Below, piece after piece: positions 30,338 to 39,782 of a stretch of 64,000 nucleotides of DNA (position 1 is its first letter; each line of letters opens with the position of its first letter). The DNA is from a virus. The stretch covers positions 2,650 to 66,649 of IMG/VR virus record IMGVR_UViG_3300022752_002410, one strand, 5' to 3'. The notes beneath the pieces are model-generated. The model was not told the origin of the DNA. It did no database searches and saw nothing but the letters and a program-made list of their open reading frames with translations. The translations under genes and the position numbers were made by a program.

Positions 30338-31317
30338 ACGTTAAACTAATCGCTCTCGTACCCGTACTAGCCCTAGCAGGTTGTGCTGCTACTGGCCCAA
30401 GTAACTATCAACTCTATGCTGAAACACAGGCAAAAATAGCACAGGCCAATGCCGTAGCAGAAACAGCAAGATACAATGCCCTTGCTGAAATCGCTAAAAA
30501 TGGCGACAGTGCTGCTAGAGTAGCCGCTGTATTAAGCATACAGATGGGAGGTGGACAACAAAAACAACCACAACAGGTCGCTGCTCCACAAGATCTTAGT
30601 GATACTGCTCTTAAGTGGGCCAGTGTTTTATTACCAACATTTACACAACTTTACACCGTACAAAGAAATAGTGCTGTGGCTATGCGTCAAAGTGATAACC
30701 AGGCCGCTATTGCTATTAGCACAAATAAAGCATTTACAGATATGAACGCAGCAGGACATACTGCTAATAGTAATATTGCTGCTAGTGGGTTCACCAGTAA
30801 CACTGCTGGATTCAATGCTATAAGTTCGCAAGGCACAGCAGCATTTAACGCACTACAAGGTGTTAGCGTAGCAGGATTTAATGCTATGAAAGATACTACT
30901 AGTGCAGGACTCACAGCAGTTACTAATGTAGGTACAGCAGGTATTACAGGTGTAAACAATACTGCCCAAGCAGGTTTGACTGCTACAACTACTTTGGGCA
31001 CAGCAGGTATTACAGGTGTAAGCAATACTGCCGCCGCAGGACTCACAGCAGTGACTAATGTAGGCACGGCAGGTATTACTGGTGTTAATACTGCTACTAG
31101 TGGCGCTTTAACCACCATTACCAATATTAATACTTCTAATAATGCTACACTACAGGCATTAGGTACACAGGCAACTACTAATATTACTACATTAACCAAT
31201 GCTAATAAAGATATTGTGAATAATATTGCTGATAAACTAACAGGCACAACAACTACCACAACAACAACTACTAACACTACAACCACAAGTAGCGTTAATA
31301 CTGGTGGGACACCTTAA
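30334..31317 (+). CDS. Lipoprotein with Ala/Thr/Gly-rich repeats
   Basis: Lipobox LAGC; AGLTA.T..GTAGITGV x3; poly-Thr tail. Confidence 0.7.
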   Translation: MNVKLIALVPVLALAGCAATGPSNYQLYAETQAKIAQANAVAETARYNALAEIAKNGDSAARVAAVLSIQMGGGQQKQPQQVAAPQDLSDTALKWASVLLPTFTQLYTVQRNSAVAMRQSDNQAAIAISTNKAFTDMNAAGHTANSNIAASGFTSNTAGFNAISSQGTAAFNALQGVSVAGFNAMKDTTSAGLTAVTNVGTAGITGVNNTAQAGLTATTTLGTAGITGVSNTAAAGLTAVTNVGTAGITGVNTATSGALTTITNINTSNNATLQALGTQATTNITTLTNANKDIVNNIADKLTGTTTTTTTTTNTTTTSSVNTGGTP

Positions 31318-31562
31318 TGTTTAAAAAGTTATTAGATTTGTTTTTAAGTCGAGAGCGTAAGATTGAATTTGCTATTGGTGAATTCAATCTTGTTTATAAA
31401 CAACTAACTAAATCACAAGAACAGGCTTTAAAACTTATTGAAGAAGAATATCAAAAAGATATTCACAGTGCTGAACAACTGGGTGTAGAAGAACGTAACA
31501 TAGAACTATTGGCTGCTCAACACAAATATAACGAGTATAAAAATAGAATAGAAATAAAGTAA
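31317..31562 (+). CDS. Hypothetical protein
   Basis: TAATG-coupled ORF. Confidence 0.6.
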   Translation: MFKKLLDLFLSRERKIEFAIGEFNLVYKQLTKSQEQALKLIEEEYQKDIHSAEQLGVEERNIELLAAQHKYNEYKNRIEIK

Positions 31563-31592
31563 ATACATTATGCCAATTATAAGGAGCGTGTA

Positions 31593-31898
31593 ATGGCAGA
31601 GGATAAAAAGTTATTTAAATGGCTAGCCCTATTAATAGTTTTACCACTAGGCGTAGCAGTATTTGGTGGGGATAGGTTTAGATATCCTTGTCAAGATCCT
31701 GCTAACTGGGAAAAGGAAATTTGTAAAGTGCCATTATGCGATGTAACAAGAACTTGTCCAGAACATGTATTCAAAGGTCAAATAGATCCAAGAACATTAG
31801 GAAAGGGAAAGAATGAAATACCTAACACGGGTTCGGGCGCTCCTGTTTGGGGGCAAAACACAGCAAACAATACACAAGGAGGTAATTGTGGAAAATAA
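31593..31898 (+). CDS. Small membrane-anchored Cys-rich protein
   Basis: N-terminal TM; FRYPCQDPANW..C..P.C...TCP. Confidence 0.75.
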   Translation: MAEDKKLFKWLALLIVLPLGVAVFGGDRFRYPCQDPANWEKEICKVPLCDVTRTCPEHVFKGQIDPRTLGKGKNEIPNTGSGAPVWGQNTANNTQGGNCGK

Positions 31899-32385
31899 TA
31901 ATCAGCCACTAATCTATACCGAAGAGCAGTTGATGGCTCGATTAAAATTCTTTATTGGAATTTGCCTATCATTAACATTAACAGGTATTGTGTTTGTAGT
32001 ATTATATAGTTTAATATTTGTAACACAACCTCTTAACGCTATTAGCCCAATTGATCAAAAGTTTTTTGAACTTATTGTTCCTATTGCTACATTTTTAACA
32101 GGTACTCTATCTGGTATTATGCTAGCGGGTAACGATAAGGATCTACAGGCCAAAGCATTAGAAGCGGCTAACAGACCACCACCCCCACCAGCACCATCCC
32201 CATCAATGACCACAACAACCACAATGACAGGTGGGTTTGGCTCACCAGGAGGCTTTGGCGCACCACCAGCATTTGGAGGTGGGTTTGGCGCAGCACCAAT
32301 ACCTCAGATGGATAACTGGGGACAAGTAAGTAATAGTAGTCGAGGCAAACCAATGCCTGGACAACCACCATTTCCAGAACTATAA
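31888..32385 (+). CDS. Two-TM membrane protein with Pro/Gly-rich tail (holin-like candidate)
   Basis: GTG at 31888 after GGAGG; two hydrophobic helices. Confidence 0.65.
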   Translation: MENNNQPLIYTEEQLMARLKFFIGICLSLTLTGIVFVVLYSLIFVTQPLNAISPIDQKFFELIVPIATFLTGTLSGIMLAGNDKDLQAKALEAANRPPPPPAPSPSMTTTTTMTGGFGSPGGFGAPPAFGGGFGAAPIPQMDNWGQVSNSSRGKPMPGQPPFPEL

Positions 32386-32394
32386 GGAGCGATT

Positions 32395-32628
32395 ATGAAA
32401 TATTTTTTAACAGCATTATTAGCATTAGGACTTGGATTTCAAGTGGCCGAGGCTGAAGATAAGAAACCTGAAACACGTAAAGTATGTGTTGATGTACAGG
32501 GTAAAGATGGTAAGCCAGTAATGGATCCAAAAACCAACAAGCCTAAACAAGATTGTAAAGAAGTTAAGCAGCACGAAAAACACGAAGCCACAAAGATTGA
32601 AGACGCAAAGAAAGAAGTAAAAAAATAA
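32395..32628 (+). CDS. Small exported protein
   Basis: Signal peptide, two Cys, AAGGAG RBS. Confidence 0.7.
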   Translation: MKYFLTALLALGLGFQVAEAEDKKPETRKVCVDVQGKDGKPVMDPKTNKPKQDCKEVKQHEKHEATKIEDAKKEVKK

Positions 32629-32652
32629 CAGTCTAAATCTAGTAGGTTAAAT

Positions 32653-32682
32653 ATTAAGGCTGCACACACAGCCTTAATTTTT
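32653..32682 (+). terminator. Rho-independent terminator-like hairpin abutting the dnaJ start
   Basis: ATTAAGGCTG-CACACA-CAGCCTTAAT-TTTT-ATG. Confidence 0.6.
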
Positions 32683-33525
32683 ATGAACTATTACGATATA
32701 TTAGGTGTTCCTAAAGAAGCAACACCACAAGACATTAAAACAGCTTTTCGTAAGCTAGCAATGGAACATCACCCTGATAGAGGCGGTGACGAAACCCAAT
32801 TTCAAAAAATTAATCAGGCGTATGAAACATTAGGAGATCCTAATAAACGCAGCAGATATGATAATGAAATAAACTTAAAAAATAACTTTAATGGTAACTT
32901 CCGTAGTTTTGAAGATATACACGACGTCTTTAATGATCTATTTAGAGGACGTCATGGGTTTGATTTCGGACGTAGGCACACTAGAAATAAAAATTTAGAC
33001 CTCAATATCAAATGTAAAATAACATTATTAGATAGTTATAGAGGTAAAGAAATTGAAGCTGCTTTTCCCTTACCATCAGGACGTAAAGAAACTGTGGTAA
33101 TTAATATTCCAGCAGGTGTTGAGAACGGTGATGTATTACGATTTCAAGCCATGGGAGATGATACGTATCCCCAGTTACCAAGAGGTGATCTAAATGTAAC
33201 TGTATTGGTTGCAGAAGATCTTAACTTTAATAGACGTGGCGATGATATTACTACACTAATAGAAATAGATCCAATTGAAGCTATGATTGGTTGTAGCAAG
33301 CCTATTGAGACCATTGACGGTCATCTGCTCAATATTAAAATTAAACCAGGAATGACTCATGGTGGTGAGTATGCTGCTCCTGGTTTAGGCTTTCAAAATC
33401 TAAAGACAGGACGCATAGGTGACTTTATAATTATAGTATACATTAGGATACCTGCCATTAACGATAATAAAATTAAACGACAGTTAGAGGAAATAAAAAA
33501 TGCAATTGATAACCTTCCCAAATGA
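32683..33525 (+). CDS. dnaJ: DnaJ/CbpA-like co-chaperone (no Zn finger)
   Basis: YYDILGV, HPD, C-terminal DnaJ_C domain. Confidence 0.9.
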   Translation: MNYYDILGVPKEATPQDIKTAFRKLAMEHHPDRGGDETQFQKINQAYETLGDPNKRSRYDNEINLKNNFNGNFRSFEDIHDVFNDLFRGRHGFDFGRRHTRNKNLDLNIKCKITLLDSYRGKEIEAAFPLPSGRKETVVINIPAGVENGDVLRFQAMGDDTYPQLPRGDLNVTVLVAEDLNFNRRGDDITTLIEIDPIEAMIGCSKPIETIDGHLLNIKIKPGMTHGGEYAAPGLGFQNLKTGRIGDFIIIVYIRIPAINDNKIKRQLEEIKNAIDNLPK

Positions 33526-34039
33526 TATATTAAGGGAAAATATGCCAGAATTTGATTTTGAGAATCCTGTTATGGATCCAAAACTTCTAGAAAAACAAAT
33601 GGTAGAACTAATGGTTAGACAGGGTGGTATTGGTCTAAGCGGTAATCAAGTCGGTATAAGAGCTAGAGTGATTACTATTTTTCCTAGAGATTTAAGCCTG
33701 CAAATGGGACCATTTGCTATGTTTAATCCAACTCTACAAGCAGCCAGTGACAAACAAATAGAGGCAATAGAAGGTTGTTTAAGTTTTCCTAAAATGCTTA
33801 TTCCAGTTAAAAGACCGGAAACAATCATGACAGAATATCTTGACAGTGACGGCAATAATTGTGTAATATCACTAACAGGCATAGATGCTAAATGTTTTTT
33901 ACATGAATTAGATCATCTAGATGGTATATGTTTTATAGATCGTGTAAGCAGATTAAAACAAGATTTAGCAATGAAAAAATGGAATAAAATAAGGAAACAA
34001 TATGGTAGAGCCCAGCGAAAGTCTGAAAGCAGTATTTGA
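33500..34039 (+). CDS. def: Peptide deformylase
   Basis: GIGLSGNQ, EGCLS, HELDHLDG. Confidence 0.95.
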   Translation: MQLITFPNDILRENMPEFDFENPVMDPKLLEKQMVELMVRQGGIGLSGNQVGIRARVITIFPRDLSLQMGPFAMFNPTLQAASDKQIEAIEGCLSFPKMLIPVKRPETIMTEYLDSDGNNCVISLTGIDAKCFLHELDHLDGICFIDRVSRLKQDLAMKKWNKIRKQYGRAQRKSESSI

Positions 34040-36266
34040 ACGTGCTATTGAATTAGCCAAAAGTTATAAACATGAATATCTAACTATTGAGCATTTATTG
34101 TTCACCATGCTTAATGATGAACATTTTGTTAATAGTGTACAGGGGTATGGAGCAGATGTAAACTATATTAAATCCAATTTAGAACACTACTTAAAAAATA
34201 AATTAGATGATATTATTAAAGAGGATGTAGCTAAACCAAAAAAGACTATGGCCGTTGAACGTGTGCTAAATCGTGCATTTACACAGGCCTTATTTAATGG
34301 TCGTCAAACTATGGAACTTAGTGATGTATTCCTTAGTATCATGAGTGAAAAGCGTAGTTATGCTAGTTATTATATTCAGCAAGCTGGTGTAGATAAGAAC
34401 AAATTTGCAGACTATCTTAACAGTGAAATTCAAAGTGAAGAGGAGGAAGTCACTGATCATCAAGTAGATCGTGCTATAAAAGCATTTACTACTAATTTAA
34501 ATGAAGCAGTTAAAAGGAATAAAATAGACCCTGTAATTGGCCGTGTAACTGAACTAGAAAATATTGCCTTGGCCATGGGTCGTCGTAATAAAAATAATGT
34601 AATGCTAGTAGGTGAGCCAGGTGTTGGTAAAACTGCTATTGCTGAAGGACTAGCATATAACATAGTTAAAGGACATGTTCCAGAATTCCTTAAAGACCAC
34701 ACAGTATATAATTTAGATATTAGTAGCCTATTAGCTGGTAGCAAATACAGAGGAGACTTTGAAGAAAGATTTAAACTTGTATTAAAAGGTCTACAAACTA
34801 AGGGCAAAACCATACTGTTTATTGACGAGGCACATATGATCAGCGGTGCTGGTAGTGCCGGTAACAGTGCCAACGATCTTGCTAATATGATGAAGCCAGC
34901 ACTGAGCAAGGGCAATATCAAAGTAGTTGCTAGCACAACTTGGGAAGAATATCGTAAATATTTTGAAAAAGATCGTGCTCTTATGCGTAGGTTCCAACGT
35001 ATTACTATTGATGAACCTAGTTATGAAAATACTATACAAATACTTAAAGGCGTTAAAAAATATTACGAACAATTCCATAAAGTTAAAATTACAGAAGAAG
35101 CAATTCAAGCAGCAGTCAAACTCAGTGTAAAATACCAAACAGATAAAAAACTACCTGATAAAGCAATTGATCTTATTGATTGTGCCTGTAGTCGTTTCAA
35201 TCTTAAATTAGATCAAGAAAGAACAATTGGTGAACATGAAATACAATTTGAACTAAGTCAAGCTATTCAAATGCCTGAGGAACAGATTGCTGAAACTGAG
35301 AGTAATAACTTGGCCAATCTTGAAACACAAATTAATGGAGAAGTATTTGGTCAAAATGAAGCAGTTACAGAACTAGTGGATAAGATACTTGTTGCCCGTG
35401 CTGGTCTTAAACCTGAGAACAAGCCTATCGGATCATTTGTTTTTATGGGACCGACTGGCTGTGGTAAAACAGAAACAGCTAAGACATTGGCCAAACATCT
35501 TGGTGTCAAACTCATACGCTTTGATATGAGTGAATATCAAGAAAAACACAGCGTAAGTAAACTGATTGGTAGTCCACCAGGATATGTTGGCTTTGAAGAA
35601 AATGCTGGACTTTTAATTACCCAACTACAGGAAAATCCATATTGTGTACTGCTATTTGACGAAGTTGAAAAATCACATCCAGATGTCAGTACAATCCTAC
35701 TACAGATGATGGACAATGGCTTTGTAACAGGCAGCAATGGTAAGAAAGCAGATTGCCGTAATATCATCCTTATTCTCACTACCAATGCCGGTGCTCAAAA
35801 TGCTGAGAAGAATCAGATTGGTTTTGGCAAACAGGAAAAGGATTATGATGATAAGGATCTTAAGAAATTCTTTGCTCCTGAGTTTAGAAATAGGTTAGAT
35901 GCTATTATTACATTTGGCAAACTTACAAAAGAAACTATGTATAAAATTGTTATTAAGTTTATTGACGAGCTTAAACAACAAGTATCAGAAAAGGGCATTC
36001 GCATTAAAATTAACGATGCTGCTATAAATCATTTGATTGAAAAAGGATTTGATAGTAAAATGGGTGCCCGTCCATTACAGCGTGTGATTGATAAAGAGAT
36101 CAAACGCCCATTAAGTCGTATGATGTTATTTGGTGAACTTAAGGATGGAGGTAGTTTGGTTATTGGATTAGATGGTAGCCAAATTACATTGACTAAACGC
36201 ACAAGACAAAGTAAAGTAGTTGAAGATGAACCACTTGAAACTATTACCAACGAAGAAAACCAATAA
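34002..36266 (+). CDS. clpA: ClpA-like AAA+ chaperone/protease subunit
   Basis: Clp N-domain, GEPGVGKT, GPTGCGKT, RFDMSEY, IGF loop, GARPL. Confidence 0.9.
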   Translation: MVEPSESLKAVFERAIELAKSYKHEYLTIEHLLFTMLNDEHFVNSVQGYGADVNYIKSNLEHYLKNKLDDIIKEDVAKPKKTMAVERVLNRAFTQALFNGRQTMELSDVFLSIMSEKRSYASYYIQQAGVDKNKFADYLNSEIQSEEEEVTDHQVDRAIKAFTTNLNEAVKRNKIDPVIGRVTELENIALAMGRRNKNNVMLVGEPGVGKTAIAEGLAYNIVKGHVPEFLKDHTVYNLDISSLLAGSKYRGDFEERFKLVLKGLQTKGKTILFIDEAHMISGAGSAGNSANDLANMMKPALSKGNIKVVASTTWEEYRKYFEKDRALMRRFQRITIDEPSYENTIQILKGVKKYYEQFHKVKITEEAIQAAVKLSVKYQTDKKLPDKAIDLIDCACSRFNLKLDQERTIGEHEIQFELSQAIQMPEEQIAETESNNLANLETQINGEVFGQNEAVTELVDKILVARAGLKPENKPIGSFVFMGPTGCGKTETAKTLAKHLGVKLIRFDMSEYQEKHSVSKLIGSPPGYVGFEENAGLLITQLQENPYCVLLFDEVEKSHPDVSTILLQMMDNGFVTGSNGKKADCRNIILILTTNAGAQNAEKNQIGFGKQEKDYDDKDLKKFFAPEFRNRLDAIITFGKLTKETMYKIVIKFIDELKQQVSEKGIRIKINDAAINHLIEKGFDSKMGARPLQRVIDKEIKRPLSRMMLFGELKDGGSLVIGLDGSQITLTKRTRQSKVVEDEPLETITNEENQ

Positions 36267-36873
36267 ACTGTTTTTGGACCTGTATAGGTATAAGATAGTT
36301 CTCGTATCTAAGCTTGCCACAACTTTTAGAGGTAGAGACATTGAGGACGCCGCAGAAAAAATCTCCCACTGGAGGGAAAATAAAACTTTTCCTGGTTGGG
36401 TTTATAACGGCGTTGCTAGTGACTTGGACCGTGCATACAATATAGTAAAAGCATTTCAAAAGGTCAGTGACTACAAACTTATGGTCAGTAGTCCTTTCTT
36501 AACCTTTTACACAGATAAGTTTGATGATTTCAAACAAGTAAGTAAAGAACTTTTTGGTTATGTAAAATACATTAGCATGCCTGAAGATGCCAATTCTGTG
36601 CTGGAAAAGAACAAGGTTTATCTTAAACGTGTTGATTATGACTTTAAAATCACCCTAACACAACGTGTTCCCAATAACGAAAGTTTCTTTAAATGGTGTA
36701 CAGGCAATGATAAAATACGTATGCCTAGGCGTTGTCGTGATCATATTAGACGTGGTTGGCGTAGTGGTGACAGTTATTTCTATGTAAAAGACGCTAAAAC
36801 ATTAAGCATGGTACAAATGTTTTTGGGTTCAAATATACAACGAATTGATCAGGTAATAAAAGTAAAGGCATAG
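36226..36873 (+). CDS. Hypothetical protein
   Basis: ORF overlapping the clpA end. Confidence 0.7.
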   Translation: MNHLKLLPTKKTNKLFLDLYRYKIVLVSKLATTFRGRDIEDAAEKISHWRENKTFPGWVYNGVASDLDRAYNIVKAFQKVSDYKLMVSSPFLTFYTDKFDDFKQVSKELFGYVKYISMPEDANSVLEKNKVYLKRVDYDFKITLTQRVPNNESFFKWCTGNDKIRMPRRCRDHIRRGWRSGDSYFYVKDAKTLSMVQMFLGSNIQRIDQVIKVKA

Positions 36874-36892
36874 AAGATAGCTATACAGTTAG

Positions 36893-36928
36893 TTGTAATA
36901 TCGATAAATATTACATAGGAATCTGTAT
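36893..36928 (+). promoter_or_regulatory. Late promoter GATAAATA inside a hairpin in front of the RBS and start codon
   Basis: TGTAATAT-CGATAA-ATATTACA; outer ATACAG/CTGTAT pairing includes the ATG. Confidence 0.55.
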
Positions 36929-37502
36929 GGCTAATAAAAGTATACTAGAATATATTGAACAAGTAGAATCCGAGGATGTAGACATACGTCCTGGAGATGG
37001 GTTCTATTTTGACCTCAATGATCAAGATGCTATAGAAACTGAAGTCCTTATGGTAATGGAGGATGCAATCCTAGTTGAATTAGACCTTATGGGCATAGCT
37101 CTTCTAGAGGATACTGGGATCAGTTTTTTTGAAGAAATACTGCTAGATGAAACCTCATGGCCATTTGCTGGTCTAGGTAAACATAAAACAGGCCGTGCAG
37201 GACAATTACGTAGTCCTGGACCTACAGGTTATCCTAAAGGCAAATTAGTAGGAGGTGCTGCTGAGGCACAGTATCAAGGTAAAAATGTTGAATTAGGTAA
37301 GCCAACTCAAGGTGATGTTAAAAAAAGTAAAGTTTATGTACGTAAACCAAATGGTAAAGTAGTAAAGGTAAACTTTGGTGATAAAAAATTAAGCATCAAA
37401 AAACACATTCCTAGTAGGCGTAAGAATTTTAGAGCTAGACATAATTGTGACAATCCTGGTCCAAAATGGAAAGCTCGTTATTGGAGTTGTAGGGCTTGGT
37501 AA
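36927..37502 (+). CDS. Putative internal virion protein (acidic N-terminus, basic C-terminal KARYWSCRAW module)
   Basis: Modules separated at LDE and AAE sites. Confidence 0.65.
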   Translation: MANKSILEYIEQVESEDVDIRPGDGFYFDLNDQDAIETEVLMVMEDAILVELDLMGIALLEDTGISFFEEILLDETSWPFAGLGKHKTGRAGQLRSPGPTGYPKGKLVGGAAEAQYQGKNVELGKPTQGDVKKSKVYVRKPNGKVVKVNFGDKKLSIKKHIPSRRKNFRARHNCDNPGPKWKARYWSCRAW

Positions 37503-37503
37503 T

Positions 37504-37893
37504 ATGAAACTATATGAAATGTTTGGTAATGAAGAATTAAGCACAGAAGAACTACTTAAGGTTAACGGTCCTAAAAAGATGATTCGTAGTCATGATAACA
37601 AATACGAATTTGACCTTGCTGAAGATCTAGTTTATTATATGCACCATAATGATGACTTTTATCGTCGTCATTTCTTTCCTATACTAAAAACTTGTAAGGC
37701 ACAGTTTGAAAGTGGAACACAGTTTAGTCATAGAATTTTTAAACCTTTAATTAAAAAAGCCTATGAAGCATACAGACAAGAATTTCCTGTGCGTGAACTA
37801 GAAGAAAGTATAGAAGAAGATTTAACAGAAGAAATAGCACACGCCATATACGAAACTGAACTACAAAATCTAAAGGATGGTCTTTATAAATGA
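37504..37893 (+). CDS. Hypothetical protein with MKLYEMF N-terminal motif
   Basis: ATG at 37504; shares the leader motif of neighbouring genes. Confidence 0.7.
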   Translation: MKLYEMFGNEELSTEELLKVNGPKKMIRSHDNKYEFDLAEDLVYYMHHNDDFYRRHFFPILKTCKAQFESGTQFSHRIFKPLIKKAYEAYRQEFPVRELEESIEEDLTEEIAHAIYETELQNLKDGLYK

Positions 37894-39782
37894 TGCTGCG
37901 TGAGTTGTTCTCTAAGGTACGTACTCCTTTGATGGAGGGTGGCAATATTTGGGACGATTGTGAACCATTCGATCAAAGTCAGGCTCCTCAAATTGAAGCA
38001 CAGCTTGAAAGGTATCTCAGAGGCACAGGACTCAAAGTATATAGAATAGGCAGCGGAGCAACACCAACACCAGGTGTTATGAGCGGTGACTTGGATGTTA
38101 TGGTAGACTTGGACACTGCTGCTCAATTTTTTAATGAAGAAGATCCTAAAAAAATACGGATAAATCTAGAAAAATATTTAAACGATAAAGGTTTAGAAAC
38201 AAAACGCATAGCAGTAACAGTACACGTTAAACTACCATTTGGATCGACTTGTCATCAAGTAGACGTTAAGGTAGTTCGTAATGCTGCTAATGTACACAAA
38301 TTCCATGTACATGAAATACCAAAAGGTAGCTCATATAAAGGTGTACATAAACAAATGATCATGAACGCCTTGGCCAGTAGTCAAAACATGTTATGGAGTC
38401 CAGATGAAGGATTATATGCTCGTGATCAACAGGGTAAAAAAGCAGATTTGATCAGCACTGACTTGGATGAAATAGCACGTTACTTAATTGGTCCTAGAGC
38501 TAATGCTCGTAGTTTAGGCAGTGTAGAAAGTATTATGGCAGCACTACCCGATGCTGCAACAAGACAAAAAATTTATAGTTTAGCGACTAGCGGACAGAGT
38601 TGGAAAAGTGTTCCTCTAAAAGGTCCAGAACAAAAGTTTTTTGAAGCAGCAGCCCCTGCCATAGGTCGTAAGTATCAACACATAGAAGATCTAGTTTTTA
38701 CTAATGGAGCTCAAGGTGGGCTACATGCTGTAGAACGTATGAGATATATGAGTAGCCAAGGTGGCAATATTGAACTTAAATGGGATGGAAGCCCTGTTGT
38801 ATATTGGGGCAAACAAGACGGTGTGTTTATGATGATCCCTAAAAATGCCTGGGACTATATTAAACGTGGCAAAACAGAATTACAAAATGGCATAAGCACT
38901 ATTCCTCGCAGTGCAGAAGATGTACAAAAATTTTTAATGGGTACTGGAAAAGCAGATCCTGAACAAATTGCACAGCGTCGTCAATATGCTAAACAAATAT
39001 CTAGTCTTTGGCCATATTTTGAACAAGCTAGCCCAGAAGAAGGATTCCTAGAAGGCGGACTATTATTTTATCCTGGTGCAAAGCCTGATGGAACTACAGC
39101 CAAGCCAGTATTGAATAGTCAAACACAAGAGTATGAATTTACTCCTAATATAACAACATTCCATATTGGCAAAAACAGTGACCTTGGTGACAGAATAAGA
39201 AGTGCCAAAGTTATGGTAGCTGCCACTGGCTATTATGAAAGCTTAGGCAGTAGTGATGAAGGCAGGTATCCAGATCCAGAAAGTTTAAGTACACAGGATA
39301 CCATTGTTCAGGGAACAACATATGTTGAACAAGCCCCACAATTTACTGAAAATAGTTTAGATAGTGTGCAAGAATATATAAAAGAAAATGCTAACTTAAT
39401 TAATAATTTCCTAGCACCTAAACCAGGACTAAGCAAACCAGGTGACTTACTTTATAAATTTTATAATCAAAACTTAAGAATTCCTGGAATTAGACAAAAA
39501 TTTGTTGATTGGGTAACAGCTAACACTAGTGCCAAACAAGCTGATATGATACTTAAAGATCGTGCTGGTATGGACGCTGTTTTAACTGCTGTTGAACTTT
39601 TAACAAGAGCAAAACTTGAAATGATCAATAATTTAAGCAGCGGTACACACAGTGGTATTAGGCAAACCAAACCAGAAGGTTATGTTAGTGCTCACCCTGG
39701 CACACCTTTTCAAAATGACTTACCAGGACAATTTGTAAAAGCTATTGACCAAGCTAATTGGGCTCCTAGGAAAGGCGAATGA
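37890..39782 (+). CDS. Two-domain protein: Pol-beta-type nucleotidyltransferase plus ligase-like (KxDG) nucleotidyltransferase
   Basis: GS...SGDLDVMVD and QVD; after FFE: LKWDG, EGGLLF, PEGYV, FVK. Confidence 0.65.
   Translation: MMLRELFSKVRTPLMEGGNIWDDCEPFDQSQAPQIEAQLERYLRGTGLKVYRIGSGATPTPGVMSGDLDVMVDLDTAAQFFNEEDPKKIRINLEKYLNDKGLETKRIAVTVHVKLPFGSTCHQVDVKVVRNAANVHKFHVHEIPKGSSYKGVHKQMIMNALASSQNMLWSPDEGLYARDQQGKKADLISTDLDEIARYLIGPRANARSLGSVESIMAALPDAATRQKIYSLATSGQSWKSVPLKGPEQKFFEAAAPAIGRKYQHIEDLVFTNGAQGGLHAVERMRYMSSQGGNIELKWDGSPVVYWGKQDGVFMMIPKNAWDYIKRGKTELQNGISTIPRSAEDVQKFLMGTGKADPEQIAQRRQYAKQISSLWPYFEQASPEEGFLEGGLLFYPGAKPDGTTAKPVLNSQTQEYEFTPNITTFHIGKNSDLGDRIRSAKVMVAATGYYESLGSSDEGRYPDPESLSTQDTIVQGTTYVEQAPQFTENSLDSVQEYIKENANLINNFLAPKPGLSKPGDLLYKFYNQNLRIPGIRQKFVDWVTANTSAKQADMILKDRAGMDAVLTAVELLTRAKLEMINNLSSGTHSGIRQTKPEGYVSAHPGTPFQNDLPGQFVKAIDQANWAPRKGE

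Noticed and set aside
30687-31286. 199-aa antisense ORF and the many other short shadow ORFs
   Set aside because: They mirror repetitive or codon-biased sense genes and show no RBS or protein motifs.
32683-36266. Bacterial chromosome origin suggested by dnaJ, def, clpA, folE and erpA
   Set aside because: These genes are interleaved with T4-like polymerase, clamp loader, fibre and lysis genes and TAAATA promoters, which fits phage auxiliary genes.
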